Part shown: positions 29,313 through 38,712 of the stretch, in pieces
Layout: the number at the start of each line of letters is the position of its first letter
Position numbering within the stretch: position 1 is the first letter of the stretch
DNA from: an uncultured Hyphomicrobiaceae bacterium
Lineage (GTDB): Bacteria > Pseudomonadota > Alphaproteobacteria > Rhizobiales > Hyphomicrobiaceae
Assembly (NCBI GenBank): GCA_905480435.1
Contig: CAJQQK010000104.1
Coordinates: 5,523 to 69,522 of the forward strand
DNA: 64,000 nucleotides
Reading direction: 5' to 3'
Made by a program: the position numbers and the translations under genes
Notes under the pieces: model-generated
What the model was told of the DNA's origin: nothing
Database searches by the model: none
What the model saw: the letters and a program-made list of their open reading frames with translations, nothing else

Positions 29313-30281
29313 ATGCGGAAAATCACAATCGGGCTGGCTGGAGCACTGAGCGGCCTGGCAATGATGTCAACTTCAGCACAAGCGTGCGGTCAAGTTACCA
29401 TCACTGAAATGAACTGGGCGTCATCGCAGGTCGTAACCGCCGTCGCTAAATTCATTATGGAGCAGGGCTACGGCTGCAAAGTAAAGAAAGTGCCGTCTGC
29501 GACCGTTACCGCCGTTGCGTCTATGGCTGAAACCAATCAACCGGATATCGCCACAGAAGTCTGGGTCAACTCTGCTGCGCTTTATCCGAAGCTCGTCAAG
29601 CAAGGCAAAGTCAAAACGCTCGCTAACGTCCTGTCAGACGGTGGCGAAGAAAATTGGTGGATTCCAAAATATCTGGCCGACAAGCACCCTGAGTTGAAAA
29701 CCATCGACGGCGTGCTCAAGAACCCGAAACTGGTTGGGTCTATGTTCCACAACTGCCCAACAGGTTGGGGTTGTCGGATTGCCAACGACAATCTGAAAGT
29801 TGCCTTTAAACTTGAAGAAAACGGCGTCAAAGTATTCGATCACGGCTCTGGTGAGACGTTGTCAAGTTCCTTGGCATCTGCATATGCCGACAAAAAACCT
29901 TGGTTTGGCTACTACTGGGCGCCAACGGCGGTTCTTGGCAAATACGCAATGGTGAAGGTCGACATGGGCCCGCACAATGCCGAGTACCATAAGTGCAATC
30001 AGAAAAAAGACTGCGCGACGCCACGCAAGTCGTCTTATCCGTCAGCTCCTGTTCTGACAGCGATCACGACTACGTTCGCCAAACGCGAGCCTGCCATTGC
30101 CGAACTGATGAGCAAAGTATCGTTCACGAACGCGCAAATGGGCGAAATGCTGGCTTGGAAAAAAGACGGCAAGAAAACATCTGATGAAACCGCTGTGTAC
30201 TTCCTGACCAAGTACAAGAGCATTTGGGGCAATTGGCTGAACGCTGACGCCAAGAAGAAACTTTCTGCTCTACTTAAGTAG
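29313..30281 (+). CDS. proX: Glycine betaine/quaternary amine ABC transporter substrate-binding protein (ProX-like)
   Basis: Signal peptide, ITEMNWASSQV, WWIPKYL and YYWAPT aromatic-box-like motifs. RBS GGGAGG before the ATG. Confidence 0.85.
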   Translation: MRKITIGLAGALSGLAMMSTSAQACGQVTITEMNWASSQVVTAVAKFIMEQGYGCKVKKVPSATVTAVASMAETNQPDIATEVWVNSAALYPKLVKQGKVKTLANVLSDGGEENWWIPKYLADKHPELKTIDGVLKNPKLVGSMFHNCPTGWGCRIANDNLKVAFKLEENGVKVFDHGSGETLSSSLASAYADKKPWFGYYWAPTAVLGKYAMVKVDMGPHNAEYHKCNQKKDCATPRKSSYPSAPVLTAITTTFAKREPAIAELMSKVSFTNAQMGEMLAWKKDGKKTSDETAVYFLTKYKSIWGNWLNADAKKKLSALLK

Positions 30282-30297
30282 GTTTACTCAGTGCAAC

Positions 30298-30330
30298 GCA
30301 GGTGGGCGCCAGCATTCCGGCCCCACCTGC
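30298..30330 (+). terminator. Intercistronic hairpin between proX and proW (attenuator or mRNA-stabilising stem)
   Basis: GCAGGTGGG (30298-30306) pairs with CCCACCTGC (30322-30330). No clear T-tract. Confidence 0.4.
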
Positions 30331-30453
30331 AGCCCGTCCAAATTTGCATATCTGATGACAACGGGTAAACTGCAATCAAAGATGCCAAAAGGCCAATGAC
30401 GATATTGAAGGCCGGCACCCTTGTTGGCCCAAGGGGCGGGAAACAGCACGCGA

Positions 30454-31485
30454 ATGGCTTATTACGACTGGTTTTTTGACGGACTTGGCTTGCGCACCTG
30501 GTGTGACGGAGCCGAGAAAACTGGCTCAATGAGCATGGCCGAACTCATGGCCAAGGCCAAGGGCACCAGTGTCGAAACGCCATGGTGGGACGTTCCGTTT
30601 CCGTCGTTGGATAATCTCCACAAAGCCTGCGGCTCAATCGCCCGTAGCGTCGATATGACAAGCGGCGTGGAAGAAGCATTTCTCTATATCAAGGGCGGGC
30701 TAAAAGCCGTTCTGGATCCGATCACAGAACCTCTCAGTTGGTTGCTTGATGGGTCACTGGCGCTCTTTGTTGGCATGCCCTGGTGGCTGCTCATTCCGAT
30801 TCTTCTCGCCGGTACCTACTATGCGTCACGCAACGTCGGTGTCACGATCTTCGTTGCTATCTCATTCCTCTTCCTGGCCTTCATCGACCACTACAGCTAC
30901 TCGATCGAAACACTATCGATTATCTTCGTGTGCACAGTACTTTGTATCCTGCTTGGTGTGCCGATTGGCATTGCGATGTCGAAGAACGACACCTTGCAGC
31001 GGATGACGATACCGGTGCTCGATATGCTGCAAACGTTACCGGCCTTCGTTTATCTCATACCGTTGATCTTCCTGTTTAGTGTGACGGAATCCAAGCTCTA
31101 TGGCATCGCGATCATCATGTACGCTATCGTACCGGTGATCCGCCTAACTGACCTTGGCATTCGACTGGTCGATAAGGATGTCATTGAGGCGGCAGACGCC
31201 TTCGGGATGACCAATCGGCAAAAACTGTTTGGTGTCGAGATTCCGCTGGCGATGCCGAACATCATGGCCGGCGTCAATCAGACGATCATGATGGCGCTTG
31301 CGACCGTTGTTATCGCGTCGCTGGTGTCAGCCCCCGGGCTTGGCACGTTGGTGTTGCGCGGCATTCGCAACCTCGAGCTTGGCGTTGGGCTCGTCTCTGG
31401 CTTCGGCATTGTGCTGCTCGCTGTTATTCTCGATCGCGTGAGTAAGGCCTCGTTGGCGCGCATTAACACCACCCAACGAGGTTGA
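30454..31485 (+). CDS. proW: Glycine betaine/proline betaine ABC transporter permease (ProW-like)
   Basis: Polytopic protein with the EAA-type loop region (DKDVIEAADAFGMTNRQKLFGVEIPLA). Start is uncertain: TTG 30421, ATG 30454 or ATG 30529. Confidence 0.85.
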   Translation: MAYYDWFFDGLGLRTWCDGAEKTGSMSMAELMAKAKGTSVETPWWDVPFPSLDNLHKACGSIARSVDMTSGVEEAFLYIKGGLKAVLDPITEPLSWLLDGSLALFVGMPWWLLIPILLAGTYYASRNVGVTIFVAISFLFLAFIDHYSYSIETLSIIFVCTVLCILLGVPIGIAMSKNDTLQRMTIPVLDMLQTLPAFVYLIPLIFLFSVTESKLYGIAIIMYAIVPVIRLTDLGIRLVDKDVIEAADAFGMTNRQKLFGVEIPLAMPNIMAGVNQTIMMALATVVIASLVSAPGLGTLVLRGIRNLELGVGLVSGFGIVLLAVILDRVSKASLARINTTQRG

Positions 31486-31494
31486 GGACGAGAC

Positions 31495-32568
31495 ATGACA
31501 GACAAAAAACTCAAAGTTGTCATCCGCGATCTGTATAAGATCTTCGGTCCCGATCCGGAATCTGTGCTGGATCATGCCCGCAACGGTATGAGCAAAACGG
31601 ATCTGCTTGAACAGCACGGTCACGTGCTTGGTCTGCGCGACATCAATGTCGATATGGCCGATGGTGAAATCACCGTGATCATGGGGCTTTCAGGCTCTGG
31701 CAAATCAACGCTGATCCGTCACTTGAACCGCTTGATCGACCCGACCGGTGGTGAAATTCTTGTCGATGGCACCGACGTTCTGGCGTTCTCGGAAGAAAAA
31801 TTGCGCGAGCTGCGCCAATTGACGATGTCGATGGTGTTCCAAAAATTCGCGCTGCTGCCGCACCGCTCCATTGTTCAGAACGCCGGCATGGCGCCGCGTG
31901 TACGTGGCGAATCGGATGCAGAAGCCGATGCCGAGGCACAAAAGTGGCTCGACCGCGTCGGACTTGGTGGTTACGAGAACCATTATCCGCACCAGTTATC
32001 GGGTGGCATGCAGCAACGCGTCGGCATCGCCCGCGCGTTAACGTCGAACTCGCCAATCATGCTGATGGATGAGGCTTTCTCGGCACTTGATCCCTTGATC
32101 CGGACGGACATGCAGGACCTCTTGCTTGAGCTGCAAAAGGATCTGCACAAGACGATCATTTTCATCACCCACGACCTTGATGAGGCTCTGAAGCTGGCCG
32201 ACCATCTTGTCATTTTGAAAGATGGCGCAATCGTCCAGCAGGGCGAACCACAACACATCTTGCTCAATCCGAACGATCCGTACATCGAGGATTTTGTCAG
32301 CGACATCAACCGTGCTCGCGTGCTCAAGGTGCGCTCAATCATGGCGCCGCTTGGTTCGGCCAATCGTGACAATACCTTTGGCGAAGTGGATGGTGACAGC
32401 ACGCTTGAGGGCGTCATCGCGCAGTCGGGCGGCGACACAACGCACAACTATCTGGTTGTCAAAGATGGCGAGCCAATCGGCGTCCTGGACATGAAGGACC
32501 TGGTCCGCGCGCTAGTGCCTCGTACTGCGTCCGAGCAAGGCATTCGTGGTCAGGCTTCAGCAGCCTAA
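31495..32568 (+). CDS. proV: Glycine betaine/proline betaine ABC transporter ATP-binding protein with C-terminal CBS region (ProV-like)
   Basis: Walker A GLSGSGKST, signature LSGGMQQRVGIARAL, and a roughly 90-aa C-terminal extension. Confidence 0.9.
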   Translation: MTDKKLKVVIRDLYKIFGPDPESVLDHARNGMSKTDLLEQHGHVLGLRDINVDMADGEITVIMGLSGSGKSTLIRHLNRLIDPTGGEILVDGTDVLAFSEEKLRELRQLTMSMVFQKFALLPHRSIVQNAGMAPRVRGESDAEADAEAQKWLDRVGLGGYENHYPHQLSGGMQQRVGIARALTSNSPIMLMDEAFSALDPLIRTDMQDLLLELQKDLHKTIIFITHDLDEALKLADHLVILKDGAIVQQGEPQHILLNPNDPYIEDFVSDINRARVLKVRSIMAPLGSANRDNTFGEVDGDSTLEGVIAQSGGDTTHNYLVVKDGEPIGVLDMKDLVRALVPRTASEQGIRGQASAA

Positions 32569-32658
32569 AGCACGTCGCGTTTAATTGGAGCCTTGAATCG
32601 CCCAAAGATTGGGTGTTTTAGAGCGCACTATGAATCCGTTAAAACGCGACATGCTGTA
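32566..32658. repeat. Self-complementary intergenic repeat element, copy 1 (about 93 nt)
   Basis: Matches the reverse complement of 60988..61080. In the 85-nt core 32570..32654, 72 of 85 positions are identical without gaps by hand count. The termini GCACGTCGCGTTTAA and TTAAAACGCGACATGC are inverted repeats. Confidence 0.85.
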
Positions 32659-32689
32659 ATGTCAGTGCATTGGAGCTGACGGAGAACGT

Positions 32690-33313
32690 TCAATCGTTAT
32701 CCGTCAGCCCGGCTCCGGCCCCACTGATACGTGACTGTTCGCTTGCCGGCACATAGGTTTTGTAGGCAAGCGCACCAAGCTTCTCCCAGCCGTTGTCTCC
32801 AACAGCCACTGGATCGTATCGCGTCGCAAGATCCGAAGCGGCTTCGACTCGCTCGCTGCTTGTCAGTCCCAACATCACTGTTCCAGGCTTGATTGCGTCA
32901 AAGCCAAGTACTGCGGTTCCAACGCTCGATATGCCACCCACGTGACGCATCTCAAAACCGACATTGTGCAATTCAGCGGCAACACCTGCCAGCCCAAGCA
33001 GCAACACCGGCTCATCCAATCCTTGTAGTTCGATGGTATCGCCTAGGGTGCGAGCCAGCAGCAGATCGATGGCTGACACGCCATCGACGGATGCTCTAGC
33101 CGTTTGAAATGTCACGACCTGCGCTGCACGATCGATCGCGCTCTCTCGCATGCCACGACCAATTGATCGAGCAACAAGATCGCAAACCGGGACACCGCGA
33201 CGCGCCAGCCAGACACCGGCCTCCGATATTGCAACGCCATGCCCCGTTGGAAATCCAGCCCCCATGGCGGCTTTCCTGAGCAAGCCTGCAAGCTCGTTGA
33301 GTGAATACGTCAT
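32690..33313 (-). CDS. Conserved protein of unknown function (DUF3726-like, from memory)
   Basis: 207 aa from MTYSLNELAGLLRKAAMGAGFP. ATGA overlap with the upstream 568-aa gene. No catalytic motif recognised. Confidence 0.55.
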   Translation of the reverse strand: MTYSLNELAGLLRKAAMGAGFPTGHGVAISEAGVWLARRGVPVCDLVARSIGRGMRESAIDRAAQVVTFQTARASVDGVSAIDLLLARTLGDTIELQGLDEPVLLLGLAGVAAELHNVGFEMRHVGGISSVGTAVLGFDAIKPGTVMLGLTSSERVEAASDLATRYDPVAVGDNGWEKLGALAYKTYVPASEQSRISGAGAGLTDND

Positions 33314-35016
33314 CCGGACACATCCAGGTTTGGCAGCACCGGCAACCACCAGTCATCGGCCTCTTCGGGGCTCAGTTCATCAAACAGCGGAGCACCCTGA
33401 TAGAGCGTAATGCGCGTCCACCGGTCTGACCGGGGATCAAATTTTGACGCACCAAAGAACGATAATTTCAAGCGCAGCATATCGATCGGCAAGCATTGGT
33501 CCGAGATGAGATTGTCGCGGATCTCGCTATAAGAATACTTCGCAGCGGTCTGCACGCGCGCGATAGCGTAACGGTGCCCAGGATGCCGCAACAGGAATTC
33601 TGCCACGGTTTCATTGCCATCCGTTTGCGCCAGGTCGCGCGCGAGTGCCTGCACCTGCCGGGCGATATCCAGGGGCATTTCCAGTTCGGCGCCATCTTCT
33701 TCGTAGCGCGCACCAAGCCGCGGCTCCAGCTTCTCCTCTGATACGTACCAAAATTGCGCCGTCTGATCGCGCGCGCCGAAATCAATATTGTTCGCAAAGC
33801 CGAATGCCTCATTGAGGCACTTGGTCAGTTCTGCGGCGCGCATTTTGGAATTCAATGCCGGCTCAATACGCCATGCCATTTCGCGTTCAAGATCATCGAT
33901 CAGCTCGCCATGCGGCTCCAGAACCAATGCAACCACAAGCTCCTGACACTCTAACGAATACGGTTTTGACGCCGCGATTACCACATCCCAGGGTTGCGCC
34001 TGTTGTGACCAATCAAGCTCTTTCAGACGTTGCACAAGCTCCCGCACTTCGCGGCGCAACACTTCGATCCGCTGCATCTGCTGTTCGTCATCAACAGACC
34101 ACTGGTCCAAATGCAGCACAACGCGGGCTAGTAATTGGCCTATTTTCTCGACACTGCCAGGCCCTGCCACCGGCAACGCGCGAACACGAGCCAACGCTGT
34201 TTCGCGTGCCATGATCCAGTTGTTGAGCAAAATCGGATGGCTGACCAGAAACGGCGCCATGCCAAGCCCCGTCGAATTGCCGATGCCAAGATAACGTTTC
34301 AAGCGCCGGTCGAGCGGCACGAAGGTTTCCGAGTTGCGTCGCTGCGCAACATGCTCAACCAGATCATGTGTGAATCCTCGGATCAGCCAAACGAGCAGCA
34401 TTTCAGCGCGGAACGGACCATCCAGTCCCGGCCTCGCCGCAATAACCTCCCGATCAGCAATGCCGAATTTTCCGTTGCCATAAACGGCTGTCGTGCGCAT
34501 CAAATAGCCAGTTGCGCGGATAAGATCGATGTCCGGCTGTCGTCCATTGGCCAGACTCTCAACCACATGCGAGAACAACCGCACCGATTTATTGGCACGG
34601 CTCAGGATCAGGTCGCACTCGTCAAATCGGCCTGCTTCCTGCAGCGGCGCATTGGCTGCAAGGCGGTCGATATCCTGCGCGTTCGGTATTCCGTCGAATA
34701 GGACATAACTCGTGTCCCACGCTTCAGCGATGACACGATCGGTACGCTTGTCGGGCTCCAGCTCCGTCGCAAAAGCCACCAGATTATATATGTGAGTGCC
34801 AAGCTGTACCTGATAGACGGCGCGGCCATAGCCTTCATCGTTGATCTGCCACAACGGCCGCGATACCGAAGCGCCTTCGCGCGACACAAACCGCAACAGC
34901 GATCGCATAAAGCTGAGCCGGGTCGGAAACGCAGATCCCATCCGGGCAAGCCGCATCACCTCATCCGGCGAGCGTAGTTCGGCACATTCGTGCTGTTGCT
35001 CAGCCGCCTGCTTCAT
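33310..35016 (-). CDS. Hypothetical 568-aa soluble protein, no family recognised
   Basis: Long uninterrupted ORF with coding-like composition. ATGA start/stop overlaps on both sides (35013-35016 and 33310-33313). Confidence 0.7.
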   Translation of the reverse strand: MKQAAEQQHECAELRSPDEVMRLARMGSAFPTRLSFMRSLLRFVSREGASVSRPLWQINDEGYGRAVYQVQLGTHIYNLVAFATELEPDKRTDRVIAEAWDTSYVLFDGIPNAQDIDRLAANAPLQEAGRFDECDLILSRANKSVRLFSHVVESLANGRQPDIDLIRATGYLMRTTAVYGNGKFGIADREVIAARPGLDGPFRAEMLLVWLIRGFTHDLVEHVAQRRNSETFVPLDRRLKRYLGIGNSTGLGMAPFLVSHPILLNNWIMARETALARVRALPVAGPGSVEKIGQLLARVVLHLDQWSVDDEQQMQRIEVLRREVRELVQRLKELDWSQQAQPWDVVIAASKPYSLECQELVVALVLEPHGELIDDLEREMAWRIEPALNSKMRAAELTKCLNEAFGFANNIDFGARDQTAQFWYVSEEKLEPRLGARYEEDGAELEMPLDIARQVQALARDLAQTDGNETVAEFLLRHPGHRYAIARVQTAAKYSYSEIRDNLISDQCLPIDMLRLKLSFFGASKFDPRSDRWTRITLYQGAPLFDELSPEEADDWWLPVLPNLDVSG

Positions 35017-35999
35017 GACGCCGGCACAAGCGCGCTGTCGTAAAACCGGATCCAGTTGGCCCCCATGATGCCTTTGACATCATCTTCACTAAATCCGACC
35101 TGACGCAGGCCAGCCGTAATCTTCGGAAAGTCAGCGTTCGATGCAAACCAATCCGTCGGCGCCGGGAACTGCGCGCCGGGCTCTGCTGTGCCTCGTGCCG
35201 GCAATTGCTTGCGCCAGCGGCCATCGCGCATCCACTGGACCACTGTGTCAGGCCGGTTCTGGCACAGATCCGAGCCAATCCCCAGCATCTCGGCGCTGTG
35301 CTTCTCGGCGACCTTTGCGACCATCTCGCAAAACGCTTTCAACGTGCATGCCGAGCCACCGGCCAGATGGTGCGGATAAAGCGAAAATCCGAGCATGCCG
35401 CCACTGTCCGCCAGCGACTTGATGACATCGTCAGAAACATTGCGCAACTCATCGCGCCAAAAGCGCGGATTGGCATGGGTCACTGTAATCGGGCGGCCGG
35501 ATATCTCAATCGCCTCCAGCGTCGTGCGCTCGCCGGCGTGGCTCATATCGATGGCCATACCCAGACGGTTCATCTCCCCAATGACCTCGCGACCGAAATT
35601 GGTGACGCCACCATCGCGCGGTTCATACCAGCCAGAACCTGTCAGCGACTGATTGTTATACGTCAGCTGCATAAAGCGCGCGCCAAGCGTGTGGCAGATC
35701 TCAACCATGCCGATGTCGGCTTCGATCGGCGCCGGGTTCTGGAACCCAAAAAAGATCGCGGTACGGTCTTCCTTGATAGCGCGGCGGACGTCGTCACCAG
35801 TCCGTCCCATGAAGATCAGATCCGGGAATGCTTGAAACCAGCCATTCCACTCCTCAATGTTATCGATCATCTCCCGAAAATTCTCGTGATACGCGATAGT
35901 TGCATGCACAGCGCTTACGCCACCGGCGCGCATCTCGCGGAAGACTTCTTCCGACCAGTTTGCGTACTGCAGGCAATCAACGACAGGGACTTTTTCCAT
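35013..35999 (-). CDS. Membrane-dipeptidase (peptidase M19, renal dipeptidase) family protein
   Basis: VVDCLQY..., FFGFQNPAPIE, ARFMQLTYNNQS, DMSHAGERT, VTHANPR motifs typical of M19. Start MEKVPVVD at 35999. Confidence 0.8.
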   Translation of the reverse strand: MEKVPVVDCLQYANWSEEVFREMRAGGVSAVHATIAYHENFREMIDNIEEWNGWFQAFPDLIFMGRTGDDVRRAIKEDRTAIFFGFQNPAPIEADIGMVEICHTLGARFMQLTYNNQSLTGSGWYEPRDGGVTNFGREVIGEMNRLGMAIDMSHAGERTTLEAIEISGRPITVTHANPRFWRDELRNVSDDVIKSLADSGGMLGFSLYPHHLAGGSACTLKAFCEMVAKVAEKHSAEMLGIGSDLCQNRPDTVVQWMRDGRWRKQLPARGTAEPGAQFPAPTDWFASNADFPKITAGLRQVGFSEDDVKGIMGANWIRFYDSALVPAS

Positions 36000-36209
36000 C
36001 AGCGTCTTCCAAAGTTGGCTCGAACGGTGCAGCAACACCCTATTTCGCATACTGATCAAAGAACGCAATATCACAAGCAAAAACACCAATTCGCGATAAA
36101 GTGCTGACACGCCCACATCGAATTGCTTAGAGTGCGTTTGGAACAGTTGCGATCAACCGGAGGCCCGACCATTTCAGCGCTAGATCAAAAAACCGCCGCG
36201 ACCACTGCC

Positions 36210-37295
36210 ATGAAGGGCGGAGGGTATTACAGCCAGAGCACACGTGGCGCCAAGGACGTGATCGACAACGCCTCGAGCATGCTGATCGATGCCGTCGCAG
36301 CCTTGCCGGCACCTCAGAACGGTCGACCGATTAATATTGCCGACTACGGCGCGGCAGATGGCGGGACATCAAAGAAATCGATACGCGACACCGTCGCCGC
36401 CCTGCGTGGTCGGTTTACTAATCAGCAGATCCTCGTCACGTACACGGACCTTGCCAGCAACGACTTCTCGACGTTGTTCAAATCCATGCAAGGCCTCGAT
36501 GGCGACGCTGACAACACCTATTACAACGAGTTCGACGGCGTGTTCGTGCACGCCTGTGGCATCGGCTTTCACCGCCAACTCATACCCGACGGATCGTTGA
36601 GCCTCGGCTTCTCAGCAACCGCGATGCACTACATCTCAGAAAAACCGTGTGAAATTCCAGATCATGTCCACATGGTCGGTGCCAGCGGCGCGGCCCTGCA
36701 AGCCTATGCCGATCGCGCGGCGAAAGACTGGGAAAACATCCTGCTCGCACGCGCCAACGAACTCGTATCCGGCGGCCGCCTGGTATTCATGAATTTCGGC
36801 AAAGACGAGCAAGGCCGCTATCTCGGTGGCACCGACGGCATCGATATGTTCGATACGTTTGACAGTTTGTGGAAGGAACTGGCAGCCGAGGGGCGCATTA
36901 CGCAGGACGAATACGTCAACGCTAGCTTCTCTCAGTTCTACCGCACCAAGGAAGAGTTCTCGGCACCACTGCTTGATACTGCATCGCCTGTCCATGCGGC
37001 TGGCCTGCGTCTGATCTCTGCCCACACCGGCGTCGTCAAATGTCCGTATCGCGCCGCATTCGAAGCGGCCAACGGCGCCATGAGCGCGCGTGAGTTCGCT
37101 GTCTCCTATATCCCGACGCTGCGTTCATGGAGCGAGACGGTGTTTGCGACCGCGCTTGATCGCGGGCGCCCCGCAGATGAACGCGCCGCAATCGTCGATG
37201 ATTTCTTCCAGCGCTATGAAGACCGCGTCGCGACCAATCCTGACGGGCACGCAATGGACTACGTTCACTGCTACCTCGCCATCGAAAAGGTTTAG
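36210..37295 (+). CDS. SAM-dependent methyltransferase of the plant SABATH (Methyltransf_7) type
   Basis: MKGGGYYSQST..., IADYGAADGGTS, YTDLASNDFSTLF and SATAMHYIS parallel the SABATH blocks M.GG.G..SY, ADLGCS.G.N, DLP.NDFN..F and S.SLHWLS. Start is uncertain: TTG 36123; in-frame ATT 36171, 7 nt after GGAGG; or ATG 36210. Confidence 0.75.
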   Translation: MKGGGYYSQSTRGAKDVIDNASSMLIDAVAALPAPQNGRPINIADYGAADGGTSKKSIRDTVAALRGRFTNQQILVTYTDLASNDFSTLFKSMQGLDGDADNTYYNEFDGVFVHACGIGFHRQLIPDGSLSLGFSATAMHYISEKPCEIPDHVHMVGASGAALQAYADRAAKDWENILLARANELVSGGRLVFMNFGKDEQGRYLGGTDGIDMFDTFDSLWKELAAEGRITQDEYVNASFSQFYRTKEEFSAPLLDTASPVHAAGLRLISAHTGVVKCPYRAAFEAANGAMSAREFAVSYIPTLRSWSETVFATALDRGRPADERAAIVDDFFQRYEDRVATNPDGHAMDYVHCYLAIEKV

Positions 37296-37555
37296 GAAAC
37301 CTCTGAACAAGTGAACGCTCTTTTGAACGTTCTTGGCAAATACTTCTCTATCTTGCTTCGCCGGAAAATGCGTCAGCGTCTATCCGGGGCCTTTAACACC
37401 TAACGGCAATACTCTGTTGTTGCCGGAAAAGTGCAAAGACCCTGGATCTCTGCTTCGCTCCGTCCACAGCATCAGAACGAGAAGTATGCGACCTGTAATA
37501 AAGTTGGTCAGATTTCCTTAGGGCATAATGCGAGCTCGAAAACAACGGAATCGAT

Positions 37556-38710
37556 ATGACGGAATTTGCTAATCTAACGCCGCAGCAATTGGCCCTGCTG
37601 CAACAAGTCCGCACGTTTGCAGATGACGTTGTGGCACCTGCGGCACCTGAGTGGGACCGCAACCGCGCTTTCGGTCGCGATGCCATCGGCGCTGCCGCCA
37701 AGCTTGGTCTCACCGGCTTGCAGGTGCCTGTCGCAATGGGCGGCTTGGGTCATTCGTTTTCCTGCAAAGCTCAAGTCACCGACATCGTTGCCGGCGCTGA
37801 CTTCGGCTTCGCCATGTCGCTCATCAACACGCAGAACGTCGCCTATAAACTGTCACGCGATGCGTCGCCCGAGGTTGCCCAGCGCTACATTCCCGCTCTG
37901 CTCTCCGGCGACCGGCTTGGCAGCACAGCCCTGACGGAACCACATGCCGGTTCCGATTTCGCCGCGATCACGACGCTCGCTACTCCCAATGTCGATGGTT
38001 GGAGCGTGACCGGCAAAAAGGCATGGATCATCAACACCGTTGCCTCAGACATTATGGTGCTTTACGCGCAGACCGAAGCTGGAAGCGGCGGCGCTGGCAT
38101 CGCAGCCTTTCTGATTGATGGCACGCGAGACGGCTTCGTGCGCTCCGACCGCTTCGAGATGACGGCGCAGCACACTATTGGCGCTGGTGGTTTCGAATTG
38201 CGCGACTACCAAATCCGCCACGACGAACTGCTGCAACCAGCTGGTGAGGCGTTCAAAGTGGCACTGCGCGATATCAACGGCGCGCGCATATATGTTGCAG
38301 CAATGTGTTGTGGCATGGTCGATGCCGCCTTGCAGGTCGCTGCCAACTACGGTCGCAATCGCAAAACATTTGGCCGCCGGCTTGGTGAGCACCAAGGATG
38401 GCGCTGGACGCTCGGCGAAGCTGATGTCGATCTCAGCGCCGCACGCCAAATGGTCGGCCACGCATCCGGCATGATCGACCGCAATGAAGACGCTCAGTTT
38501 GCAGCCGCCAAAACCAAGATCTTCGCAACGCGCATGGCCGAGCGTCATCTGCCCGCACTTGCCCAACTGATGGGCGCCGAAGGCCTGCAGGACAAACATC
38601 CATTCGGCCGGCACCTGATCGGCGCGCGAATTGCTGGCTTTGTTGATGGCTCCACTGAAATGCTGCTTGAGCGCCTGACCGGCACCTATGCACGAGAAGC
38701 GAAACGTTGA
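37556..38710 (+). CDS. Acyl-CoA dehydrogenase
   Basis: 384 aa with typical ACAD organisation (LTEPHAGSDFAAI, KAWIINT, C-terminal helical domain). Confidence 0.9.
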   Translation: MTEFANLTPQQLALLQQVRTFADDVVAPAAPEWDRNRAFGRDAIGAAAKLGLTGLQVPVAMGGLGHSFSCKAQVTDIVAGADFGFAMSLINTQNVAYKLSRDASPEVAQRYIPALLSGDRLGSTALTEPHAGSDFAAITTLATPNVDGWSVTGKKAWIINTVASDIMVLYAQTEAGSGGAGIAAFLIDGTRDGFVRSDRFEMTAQHTIGAGGFELRDYQIRHDELLQPAGEAFKVALRDINGARIYVAAMCCGMVDAALQVAANYGRNRKTFGRRLGEHQGWRWTLGEADVDLSAARQMVGHASGMIDRNEDAQFAAAKTKIFATRMAERHLPALAQLMGAEGLQDKHPFGRHLIGARIAGFVDGSTEMLLERLTGTYAREAKR

Positions 38711-38712
38711 GC

